From positions 103,864 to 167,863 of the forward strand of contig JBBRLY010000016.1 of assembly GCA_038231155.1 (NCBI GenBank): a DNA stretch of 64,000 nt. Direction: 5' to 3'. The stretch is from Candidatus Saccharimonadales bacterium. GTDB lineage: Bacteria; Patescibacteriota; Saccharimonadia; Saccharimonadales; JANWIN01. The number at the start of each line of letters is the position of its first letter. Positions within the stretch are counted from its first letter, which is position 1. The translations under genes and the position numbers were made by a program. The notes beneath the pieces are model-generated. The model was not told the origin of the DNA and ran no database searches. It was given only the letters and a program-made list of their open reading frames with translations. This document shows positions 28,652 to 37,358 of the stretch, piece by piece.

Positions 28652-29266
28652 TTAATTGCCGTATTTTTCGACGTATTCTTCGTGGGCTTGGATAATTTTC
28701 GGAGAATTAATATAAGGATTTGGAACAAAGCTAAATGTGCAGTTTTCAATCTCACCAGCTGTCTCGACTATTAAAGTACCGTAGTTAAATATCCTAGGTA
28801 AAATGCCTCGCTGAATAATATTTACGTCTTCAACTTGCCCCATACCAAGTTGTGTAACTTTACGATTAAATAGACTTATATAAAGTACTTCAGCAATTTT
28901 TTGGTTAGTTATATAAATCACATTAGATCGATAAATAGTATAAGGAATGGCCGTGCCGATTAGTGCAACTAGCGATACAACTGCACCAATACCAATAATA
29001 ATCGCCTTAATGCTACCAGTACTACCAAGGTTAACTCCTAAATTGTCTAAGTTCGTAGCTAGAACGATGGCCGCAACTAGTACAGTTGTGGCAATAAATA
29101 ATCCTGTCACTAAAATAAAAACTATGCCAATCGGGTGTCGGCGGATTTCAGCTATTAATTCTTCTTTTTCATCAAATTCAATGTATCGAAAAAGCCGCTT
29201 ACCCATAGGGCTTAACTTATCTTCTGCCTCAACCTGGTGCTCTGTCAGTGGTTGTGTTTGTGTCAT
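28652..29266 (-). CDS. membrane protein with bacterial PH (YdbS/YdbT-like) domain
   Basis: 204 aa. Two TM helices after an RRHPIGIVF motif, followed by a small beta-rich domain. Confidence 0.5.
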   Translation of the reverse strand: MTQTQPLTEHQVEAEDKLSPMGKRLFRYIEFDEKEELIAEIRRHPIGIVFILVTGLFIATTVLVAAIVLATNLDNLGVNLGSTGSIKAIIIGIGAVVSLVALIGTAIPYTIYRSNVIYITNQKIAEVLYISLFNRKVTQLGMGQVEDVNIIQRGILPRIFNYGTLIVETAGEIENCTFSFVPNPYINSPKIIQAHEEYVEKYGN

Positions 29267-29276
29267 CTAGAACTTA

Positions 29277-30302
29277 TTATATCAATTTTGCCTGTTCTGA
29301 ACTGCCTGGTTGTTTACCTAGATGTTTATAGGCTTTATGAGTTACCTTACGACCCCTGGGAGTACGTTCTAATAGACCAAGTTGTAATAAATAGGGCTCA
29401 AAATAATCTTCAATGGTTATTCGTTCATCGGATAATAAGGCAGCTAGAGTATCAACACCAACTGGTCCACCGTTGTAACTATCAATTATGGCGGCTAATA
29501 AACGGCGATCGGCTGAATCCAGGCCAAGGTCATCTATATCCAGCAACTTCAATGCAGCCAAAGTATTACTTTGATCAATAATACCGTCACCGTTTACGTC
29601 GGAGTAATCGCGTACTCTTTTAAGAAGCCGATTGCCAATGCGCGGAGTTAAACGGGATCGTTGGGCAATTAAACTGGCAGCCTCAGGTTTAATTTGCGAG
29701 CCTAATATTTTTGATGATCGTCTGATAATTTCTTCCATTTCATCCGGACTATAAAATTCTAATCGGTATACATGACCAAACCTGTCACGCAGCGGAGCAG
29801 CTAATGATCCTGCCCGAGTGGTTGCTCCAATTAATGTAAACTTTGGTATATCCAGGCGTAAACTTCGAGCGCTGGGGCCTTTACCTAACATAATATCAAT
29901 GGCGTAATCTTCCATGGCGCTGTATAAAACTTCTTCAACGCTGCGATTTAAACGGTGGATTTCATCAATAAATAAAATGTCTCCATCTTGCAAGTTTGTT
30001 AGCATACTAGCTAAATCAGCTGCCCGATCAATAGCCGGACCACTACTTACTCGAATATTAGCGCCCATTTCCCGGGCAATAACATAAGCTAAAGTAGTCT
30101 TTCCTAGTCCTGGCGGACCATGAAGTAATATATGTTCTAAAGTTTCGGACCGCTTTTTAGCAGCGGCAATACTAAGGGTTAAGTTCTGTTTAACACGTTT
30201 TTGGCCAATATAGTTTTTAAAATCGTTCGGTCGCAAGGTCTCTTCTAACTCGACTTCTACTGGGTCATCTTGACTGGTGTTAATAACTCGCTCGACTGCC
30301 AC
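29277..30302 (-). CDS. ruvB: Holliday junction branch migration ATPase RuvB
   Basis: 341 aa. [15 protein letters not shown], and a winged-helix C-terminus. Confidence 0.97.
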   Translation of the reverse strand: MAVERVINTSQDDPVEVELEETLRPNDFKNYIGQKRVKQNLTLSIAAAKKRSETLEHILLHGPPGLGKTTLAYVIAREMGANIRVSSGPAIDRAADLASMLTNLQDGDILFIDEIHRLNRSVEEVLYSAMEDYAIDIMLGKGPSARSLRLDIPKFTLIGATTRAGSLAAPLRDRFGHVYRLEFYSPDEMEEIIRRSSKILGSQIKPEAASLIAQRSRLTPRIGNRLLKRVRDYSDVNGDGIIDQSNTLAALKLLDIDDLGLDSADRRLLAAIIDSYNGGPVGVDTLAALLSDERITIEDYFEPYLLQLGLLERTPRGRKVTHKAYKHLGKQPGSSEQAKLI

Positions 30303-30304
30303 GA

Positions 30305-30883
30305 TTAACCTCCCCGTTTTAGGGCTTGTTTAACACGTTGCTGCGTAGGTAAATCGGCTGGTACATTACCAAGGGCGTTTAAGGCATCTGGTGTGTTAAA
30401 GCCTAAAGCAACTAGGGCCTGAACAGCTTCGTCTTGATTGGCAGTTTGGTTAGATTTAAATAAACTATCGGATACGTTGCTAGCGAGACCAACCTTATCT
30501 TTTAAGTCAACAACAACTCGTTCAGCCACCTTTTTACCAACTCCGTTGGCGGCTTGGATAAACTTAACGTCGCCGCTGGCAATTGCCTGCCTAACCTCAG
30601 ATGCAGTGCCAACACTTAATATATTAAGGGCCATTTTAGGACCAACTCCGTTGACACTTAAAAGTTGTTCAAATAAGTGTTTAACGTCTTCACTTAAGAA
30701 CCCAAATAAATCATGAGAACTTTCGCGGATATGCTCATAGATGTAAACTTGTACTATTTCGTCAGTTTTAAGTTTTTGCCTATCTTCTAAAGTTACAAAA
30801 ACTCCGTAGCCGACGCCGTGCACATCAAGTACTACCAATTCTGAAAGCTTTTGGGCAACTTTACCAGTAAGTGTCACTATCAC
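30305..30883 (-). CDS. ruvA: Holliday junction DNA helicase RuvA
   Basis: 192 aa. OB fold N-terminus and HhH motifs ([29 protein letters not shown]). Confidence 0.9.
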   Translation of the reverse strand: MIVTLTGKVAQKLSELVVLDVHGVGYGVFVTLEDRQKLKTDEIVQVYIYEHIRESSHDLFGFLSEDVKHLFEQLLSVNGVGPKMALNILSVGTASEVRQAIASGDVKFIQAANGVGKKVAERVVVDLKDKVGLASNVSDSLFKSNQTANQDEAVQALVALGFNTPDALNALGNVPADLPTQQRVKQALKRGG

Positions 30884-30890
30884 GCTTCTA

Positions 30891-31361
30891 TTATCGCATA
30901 GTCATAGAATGACAAATAGCCGCAGCTAGAGCATCGGCAGCGTCATCGGGCTTAGGTATTTCCTTAAGATTAAGTATTACTCGGACCATTTCCTGAATTT
31001 GCTTTTTATCGGCCCGGCCGTAGCCGGTTAAAGCTAGTTTAATTTGCAGCGGAGTGTATTCAAATAGATCTAGCCCGGCTTGTTTAGCGCAGAGTAATAC
31101 GACACCCCGAGCTTGGCTGACAGTCATGGCAGTTGTTATATTCTGGGCAAAAAATAGTTTTTCTACGGACATTATTTGCGGTTTGGAATGGACAATTATA
31201 TCGGTTAATTCATCAAATATTGTTACCAATCGTACGGCATCATCTTCTTTTATGGGTGTACGAATAACACCTGCATCCACTAGCTCAGCCTTACTACTGC
31301 TGGCTTCAATAATTCCAAAGCCCAATATGCCCGTACCCGGATCAATGCCGATTATTCGCAT
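30891..31361 (-). CDS. ruvC: crossover junction endodeoxyribonuclease RuvC
   Basis: 156 aa. MRIIGIDPGT ... EKLFF ... DAADALAAAICH. Confidence 0.92.
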   Translation of the reverse strand: MRIIGIDPGTGILGFGIIEASSSKAELVDAGVIRTPIKEDDAVRLVTIFDELTDIIVHSKPQIMSVEKLFFAQNITTAMTVSQARGVVLLCAKQAGLDLFEYTPLQIKLALTGYGRADKKQIQEMVRVILNLKEIPKPDDAADALAAAICHSMTMR

Positions 31362-31364
31362 AAC

Positions 31365-32084
31365 TTAATCTATCGTAAGGTCAAAGTTAGTATAAGTTTC
31401 TGATACATCATCAAGTTCTTCTAGGGCATCCATCAGACGCATAATTTTACCGGCAGTTTCTTTATCGCTAATCTCTACAGTAGTTTTTGGAACGTAACTA
31501 AGTTCGGCTTCTAACACTTCGGTGCCAGCATCAGCTAGGGCGTTTCTAACTTTAGCCAAATCCTTAGGTTCAGTAAAAACCAGGGATTCGCCGTCCTCTT
31601 CTTCAACATCCTGCGCACCAGCATCTAAGGCAGTCATTAACAATTCATCGCCGGAAGCTTTAACTCGGATTATACCTTTATGATCAAATTGAAAAGCTAC
31701 CGCACCTTTCTCTGCTAAGTTGCCGCCATGTTTAGTAAAAGCCACACGCACATCTGGTAAAGTTCTATTTATATTATCGGTTGCACACTCTACTAATATG
31801 GCTGCACCGCCTGGGCCATAGCCTTCATACATTACTTCCTGGATTTGTTCACCAGCTAGTTTGCCACTGCCGCGGTCAACCGACCGCTGAATGTTGGCCA
31901 ACGGCATATTGGCAGACTTGGCTTTATCGACGGCTAGCCGTAGCGTAAAGTTAGTTTCTGGATCGCTTCCTCCACGGGCCGCAATAGCTATAGCATTGCC
32001 TAACTTTGTAAAAATAGCACCACGGGCGGCGTCTTTAGCACCCTTTTGCCTTTTGATAGTGCTCCATTTAGAATGTCCTGACAT
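31365..32084 (-). CDS. yebC: YebC/PmpR-family transcriptional regulator
   Basis: 239 aa. N-terminus MSGHSKWSTIKRQKGAKDAARG. Confidence 0.92.
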   Translation of the reverse strand: MSGHSKWSTIKRQKGAKDAARGAIFTKLGNAIAIAARGGSDPETNFTLRLAVDKAKSANMPLANIQRSVDRGSGKLAGEQIQEVMYEGYGPGGAAILVECATDNINRTLPDVRVAFTKHGGNLAEKGAVAFQFDHKGIIRVKASGDELLMTALDAGAQDVEEEDGESLVFTEPKDLAKVRNALADAGTEVLEAELSYVPKTTVEISDKETAGKIMRLMDALEELDDVSETYTNFDLTID

Positions 32085-32182
32085 CTTAAGTATTATAGCG
32101 AAAAGTTATGATTTAGACTTATCTTGCTAAGACAAAAGCTGATGATAATCTTATTTAAGTGATAAGGGTGTAAAATAGGGTC

Positions 32183-32563
32183 ATGGATTTGAAAAGTGTT
32201 TCCAGTTTAACCTACTATGTAAAAGATTTAGATCAAACAACTAAATTTTATGAAACTTTAGGCTTCCAGTTTCGGAATCGTCAAGTGAATCGTACAACCG
32301 CATATTTAAATTGGTTCACTATCAACTTTGTTGCGATAGATAAAGAAGATAAACCGGAATTTCAAAAAGAGGCTCGTGCTGAAAATAAAGGGGCAGGCCT
32401 ATATATTAACATTAGTGTGTCTGACGTTGATGAATTTTACCAAGCCATGATTAAAAAAGGACTTAAACCGTCTACTGAACCGCGCGATTGGCCTTGGGGC
32501 AATCGTGAGTTCGTGATGCGTGACCCTGATGGTTATAAACTTGTCTTTTTCAAAAAAAAGTAA
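32183..32563 (+). CDS. VOC-family (glyoxalase/bleomycin-resistance fold) protein
   Basis: 126 aa with a VOC-like pattern: FYETLGF ... WGNREFVMRDPDGYKLVFF. Confidence 0.75.
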   Translation: MDLKSVSSLTYYVKDLDQTTKFYETLGFQFRNRQVNRTTAYLNWFTINFVAIDKEDKPEFQKEARAENKGAGLYINISVSDVDEFYQAMIKKGLKPSTEPRDWPWGNREFVMRDPDGYKLVFFKKK

Positions 32564-32620
32564 GTACTCAGTGCTAAGTTATCTTTTTCACTTTTTATAA
32601 AACTTAAAGTTAAGGTCTAA

Positions 32621-33064
32621 ATGCAAGCTTTTAATCATACAGTATTTGGAGCATTAGTCGCAGTTACTATCAAAGAACCGGCACTAGCTATACCAATCGC
32701 CTTAGGTTCACATTTTGTAATGGATGCTATCCCGCATTATGGCAACGATCCTAAAGCACCTCGAGGAAGCAAATTTTATAACATGAGGGTCCTAATTGAT
32801 GGTATAGCTAGTATATTAATTTTAGTAATTATCGTTTCACTTAAGCCGGCAGACCCGGGTCTTATAATTGCCTGCGCTCTGTTTGCAGTGTTGCCTGATC
32901 TGTTGTGGCCGCTGGCACTGCACATTAAGCAAAAAGGTCCATTATGGGATTTCTTCAAATTTCATAAACATATCCAAAGAGAAAGCCGATCAGGTATATT
33001 TGTAGAAATTGGTTGGTTCGTGCTGAGCGCTTTGTTCGTTGTCTACAATGTTCGCCTTGGTTAG
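32621..33064 (+). CDS. hypothetical polytopic membrane protein (His/Asp motifs faintly YdjM-like)
   Basis: 147 aa with 4 hydrophobic helices. Contains GSHFVMDAIPHYG. Confidence 0.5.
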   Translation: MQAFNHTVFGALVAVTIKEPALAIPIALGSHFVMDAIPHYGNDPKAPRGSKFYNMRVLIDGIASILILVIIVSLKPADPGLIIACALFAVLPDLLWPLALHIKQKGPLWDFFKFHKHIQRESRSGIFVEIGWFVLSALFVVYNVRLG

Positions 33065-33160
33065 ATCACTAGAGTAAGGCACTAAATTACTAGCTAACTT
33101 ATTGGTAAAGTTAAGACTTAAGTTCATTGATAAACAACAAAAATATATTATCATAACAAA

Positions 33161-33700
33161 ATGAAAACTTTTGTTTCTAAGAATAGCGCTACTGCCGCTT
33201 TTGTTATGTCTGAGATAGCAAGTTCACCAGGTCAATTGACTCCGGTTAGTTTATCTGAGACCTTATGTATTAGTCATAGCAATTTATTTGAAAATATTAT
33301 TAAGCTAATTGACGATCGAGTAATTACTAAAACAACTCGTCAAACTGGCAGAACGGGTAGACCTAATAGCTTATACTGGCCAACCAAAAAGTTTTGGGAC
33401 AATTACCACTACATAACAGATAAGTTAGCAGAAGAATTGGATGAGGACTTGGCTTTAATTAACAATGAAGCTGTACGCAATAAGCAAAGATTAAGTCGAC
33501 TGGCAGACCGAGATGGACCAAGAATAGAGTTATATAAAAGTGAGGCAAATTTCCTAGGCAGAGCCGCAATATTAGGACACTGTGTTGATTTATCTAAAAT
33601 AGGTAAGTGGTGGTCAGGAACTCCAGGCTGGCAAACATTTATTACTGTCGAGGCGCTAAAAGAAATAGACGTTATTAGTGATCCATTAACAGTAAACTAG
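33161..33700 (+). CDS. hypothetical protein with N-terminal winged-helix-like region
   Basis: 179 aa. LSETLCISHSNLFENIIKLIDDRVITK resembles a MarR/wHTH recognition helix. Confidence 0.4.
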   Translation: MKTFVSKNSATAAFVMSEIASSPGQLTPVSLSETLCISHSNLFENIIKLIDDRVITKTTRQTGRTGRPNSLYWPTKKFWDNYHYITDKLAEELDEDLALINNEAVRNKQRLSRLADRDGPRIELYKSEANFLGRAAILGHCVDLSKIGKWWSGTPGWQTFITVEALKEIDVISDPLTVN

Positions 33701-33768
33701 CTGTTACAGGCAAATATTATTATAACTAAGGTAAGATCTTGTACTTTAGGTCAATGATTTACTGTTAG

Positions 33769-34164
33769 TCATTTTTGATTTTTTAACTTTCTCCAACCGC
33801 CAGCTTTGTTATTGGCAATAACTTCCTTAAACAGATTTAGTAAAGCTCGTTCATTAATCACTTCATTTTGATGTATTTGTATAGATCGAGCTGTTAAGTT
33901 GCCCTGCCCTTGGTTAATAATGCCTTCTGGATCAGCTGCTATAGGATCATAAATAAAAATATTAACATGTATTTTTGCTGCCAGTAATGCACATATATTT
34001 CCATTCAGTACAAAGTATGGCCGGTCTGTACGTTTAATTGTTTCTGTAACATCTGCACCGGCGGCGTGAACTAAGTCACGAACTTTCCGGCAAATGTCTT
34101 GTTGCCAAGCAGGAAGTGAACTTATATATTTATCGACTCGTGGGTCTTTTTGATAAGAGCTCAT
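33769..34164 (-). CDS. DUF1801 (YdhG-like) domain protein
   Basis: 131 aa. The pattern VDKYISSLPAWQQDICRKVRDLV...PYFVLNGNICAL is typical of the family. Confidence 0.6.
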   Translation of the reverse strand: MSSYQKDPRVDKYISSLPAWQQDICRKVRDLVHAAGADVTETIKRTDRPYFVLNGNICALLAAKIHVNIFIYDPIAADPEGIINQGQGNLTARSIQIHQNEVINERALLNLFKEVIANNKAGGWRKLKNQK

Positions 34165-34286
34165 CCAACTACAATAATCTCATATTATGGCTTTGGCTAG
34201 AGTTCGAAAACATGATTCTAGCATATGACATTAATGCGCCAATGAATGGATGGTCCGTCGTGAACGTTATCACAAATAGTGTTAGA

Positions 34287-34607
34287 CTATCGATTAATAT
34301 TAGCGGCTATGGCGAATTGCATAAAATAAGCCTCTAGGGTTGTGTCGACATTGTCGGTGGTTATTGACTCGGCAAATTGTTCGCGGGCGTATAGCAACTC
34401 CCTCAGGCCGACACGTTTTTGGGCTGCCCAGAGCTGGGCCGTCTCATCAATCAAATCGAGCCCTCGGTAAAAAGCCGCCAGGCATCTGTCTGGTTTGCCC
34501 TCACGTTTGGCGCTTAAAGCTCGACCGACTTCTAAACCGATATTCCCCATCTGATTAAACATATCCATTTCTGCCCAGCTTGTAGTATTAAATACGTGGC
34601 TAGTCAT
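34287..34607 (-). CDS. hypothetical helical protein (GC-rich gene)
   Basis: Track ORF of 106 aa. 8-nt overlap with the upstream 113-aa ORF. Confidence 0.5.
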   Translation of the reverse strand: MTSHVFNTTSWAEMDMFNQMGNIGLEVGRALSAKREGKPDRCLAAFYRGLDLIDETAQLWAAQKRVGLRELLYAREQFAESITTDNVDTTLEAYFMQFAIAANINR

Positions 34608-34941
34608 GGACCACCTTTTGTACTAGATCTATAATTTGTTGCCGGATCTCCGGATTCAAGACGTCTTTTGAAGCATTTCCTTGGCTGGGTCGTATGTTTA
34701 TCATTGAATCGAACTCTATAAAATCATCAGTCCCGTAGTCTCCTGGATGCAAGTTAATCCCCCATAGGTCGTTCTGCCTGGAGCCATGTTCCATTAAATA
34801 CGCTTCGCCATCAGCATGCATGCCCATGTCAACAATAAAGATACTTTTTGCAATATCAACATCAACTTTTACAAGGGTGCCATACATTTTCTCGGCCATA
34901 GCCGCCAACCCACCTACACTTATTTTCTCTACAACTTTCAT
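34600..34941 (-). CDS. hypothetical protein
   Basis: Track ORF of 113 aa, first gene of a two-gene cassette. Confidence 0.55.
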   Translation of the reverse strand: MKVVEKISVGGLAAMAEKMYGTLVKVDVDIAKSIFIVDMGMHADGEAYLMEHGSRQNDLWGINLHPGDYGTDDFIEFDSMINIRPSQGNASKDVLNPEIRQQIIDLVQKVVHD

Positions 34942-35000
34942 CTAGTGTTTAAGTATAGCAAAACCAAAATATCCTGCGGATAGTCTTTTTACGCTGTTTG

Positions 35001-35010
35001 TACTTGGAGG
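35001..35010. repeat. left copy of 10-bp direct repeat TACTTGGAGG (candidate att core)
   Basis: Identical to 47628-47637, which spans the last 6 nt of tRNA-Lys (CCTCCA on the minus strand) plus 4 flanking nt. Confidence 0.45.
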
Positions 35011-35099
35011 TGCGTGTGCAGTGCTATTGCAACCAAATTACAAGATAATCCAACGATCTTTATTATGGCAATGTCGACTGATACCCAAATTTAACATGT

Positions 35100-37358
35100 T
35101 TAGTTAGTGGGGTCGATTTCAATAACTTCACCCTCAATCACGCCATCATCTTTCTTAATCTTCTCAGCCTCAACATGTCGATAAAGATACATAAATTGTT
35201 CTGCAACGAGGTATTCAAACGTTTTATCTGTATTAAAGTGGCCATCTGGATATTCTATGGCCTGATTCACCTCATCACCGAACTCTTTGGTAAGAGGACC
35301 AACGAACAACCCAGGATCAACTGCGGCAGCGATACTATCATAAGACTCTCGGCGAAAATCTGAACGTATCGGTTTTCCGGTGGTCATTTCATACCCATGA
35401 CCGACATATGCTTGCAAGAACTGTATAGCGAGTTTGGGGTCTTTCTTGAAACTTTCCTCAAGGTATTTCTGAATATCCTTGCTATCGCCCCATTTTTGCC
35501 ATATCCACATTAGGGAGGCAACATCATTGGGGTAGTCGGTTTGTACGTGATGGTTTTTAGTGTATGTCTTGATTCTTGTTGCCAGAATCTTACCAAGTTC
35601 ATGCACTTGATCCTCTGAAATCAGCGGCACAAAATCTGGTTTATCTTTATCATTCTCAGAGTTGACTCTGACCCATTGCAGCAATTGAGCAGCGTAGTTT
35701 ATCGGTGCATTACTGATGAATTTAGTAAGGGTCTCGTTGGCATTATCCACATTTTTCATGAGATGAACGGCAAGTATCGCAGACTGTACGTATGGCGACA
35801 TTGTGTCCCCGAGCAATGATTGTCTTGAACGCATGAGACTTGCTCCATTAGCAACAAGTACCTCGGCGAGAGTTTTGCTCGTCTGTTCAGGAAGTTTCTT
35901 CTCTCTTCGGCGTAACTTAGAAATGATCATGGCAACGTCAGCATCTTTGATCAGAGTCTGAAATATTTTACTGGCCTTTGCCGGTGATGTCTTCGGGTTA
36001 GTTATTGCAGCCAAGAAATCTTCAATTTTACTGTCGGCTATATCCCCGGGAGGGATCCCGTAAGAGAAGTATCGGTTAAAGTATTTATCCGTACACACCC
36101 TCTTTGCTTCTTCCCAATTCGCCTCAAAATCTCCGCCGTATGATGAGCCTCCGAGTGCCCATTCCACTGATGGGAATAATTCCTTAACAATGCTGACTTC
36201 CATCCCAGTAGGCTCGTCCTTGCCAAAGATTTTTCTACGAGTGCTTGTCTTTGCATTCTCATCTCGATCCCCATATGCACCTGATCTCAACACTACCTCT
36301 TTGCTCTTTGCCAGACGCTGATACAACTCTGGGAAGAAGATGCGTAACATATCAACCAGTGCTACATCGGTAAAACTGGCCTCATTTGATAGTCTTTCAA
36401 TAGAGAAGTCTACTGTATTGAGATACCGAACTATTCTTCGTGGCGTATTGAACAGTTTCTCAGCGTCCCTTGAGAAATAGACGGATTGGAATCTAGACAT
36501 GTCATCATCGGTAATATCGAACTTATGCCCAATGATGATTTTGTCCAACTCTTCCGTTAGGTATCTATTGAGCAGTTCCTGATCTACGTTTGGAACATAC
36601 AATGGTAGTTGTACTATTTTATCTATGAAGTTGTCTCCAACGTCGGAGTTGTTGGGATATCGCAATGCTAATGCATCTGCAACAACTTCACGATCAAATG
36701 AGAGTAGATAAGAAATATTACTAAAATGAGCGATATTCTTCACAAGTTTGAATACTTGATGAATCTCGTCGCTATCAAGCCTATCAATATCATCAATCAC
36801 TACAATCACTCGCTGGCCTGATTTAGCGAGTATCTTGTCGACTCGTTCTCTCGTTGAATCAACACTTATGACTTTATCGCTGTGAGCAACGCCAATGCGT
36901 TTTAATAACGAGCCGAGTATTTTGCCTATCAAGCCAGCGGGCGGGAAGAACGTACCTACGACATCCCCGACTGGTCCTGTAATCTCACCGTATCGTTTGA
37001 GTTCCTCAGCAACAACTTCACCGTTTGATCGTAATCTTGCTCCGAGTTTACTTGCTAATGTGCCAAAGAACGCCATATGCAGGCTTTCCGAGTTTGAGAA
37101 AACCCATGGATTGAACTTTATTACCACTGTTTTTTCGTTATATTTCTGATCAATATGCTCAACGGCCATGTTTATGACGGAGGTTTTGCCACTACCCCAC
37201 GACCCATATAGACCAACGGTAATCGATTGAGAATCTGGGACTTTTACTAGCGTTTCAGCTAGGGAGACAGAGAAATCTTTTCGGCCAAATCTATCTTCGT
37301 TAGATCGAGCAATGGGTTCATCTGGGCTTTTCTTGAATGTCTTCATTAGGCATTCCAA
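35100..37358 (-). CDS. KAP-family P-loop NTPase with a large uncharacterised C-terminal region
   Basis: 752 aa (748 if the ATG at 37346 is used). Walker A GLYGSWGSGKTS, FNPW motif, hydrophobic G/P-rich insert (ITGPVGDVVGTFFPPAGLIGKILGSLL), Walker B VIVVIDDIDRLD. Its start overlaps the hsdMS stop. Confidence 0.85.
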   Translation of the reverse strand: MECLMKTFKKSPDEPIARSNEDRFGRKDFSVSLAETLVKVPDSQSITVGLYGSWGSGKTSVINMAVEHIDQKYNEKTVVIKFNPWVFSNSESLHMAFFGTLASKLGARLRSNGEVVAEELKRYGEITGPVGDVVGTFFPPAGLIGKILGSLLKRIGVAHSDKVISVDSTRERVDKILAKSGQRVIVVIDDIDRLDSDEIHQVFKLVKNIAHFSNISYLLSFDREVVADALALRYPNNSDVGDNFIDKIVQLPLYVPNVDQELLNRYLTEELDKIIIGHKFDITDDDMSRFQSVYFSRDAEKLFNTPRRIVRYLNTVDFSIERLSNEASFTDVALVDMLRIFFPELYQRLAKSKEVVLRSGAYGDRDENAKTSTRRKIFGKDEPTGMEVSIVKELFPSVEWALGGSSYGGDFEANWEEAKRVCTDKYFNRYFSYGIPPGDIADSKIEDFLAAITNPKTSPAKASKIFQTLIKDADVAMIISKLRRREKKLPEQTSKTLAEVLVANGASLMRSRQSLLGDTMSPYVQSAILAVHLMKNVDNANETLTKFISNAPINYAAQLLQWVRVNSENDKDKPDFVPLISEDQVHELGKILATRIKTYTKNHHVQTDYPNDVASLMWIWQKWGDSKDIQKYLEESFKKDPKLAIQFLQAYVGHGYEMTTGKPIRSDFRRESYDSIAAAVDPGLFVGPLTKEFGDEVNQAIEYPDGHFNTDKTFEYLVAEQFMYLYRHVEAEKIKKDDGVIEGEVIEIDPTN

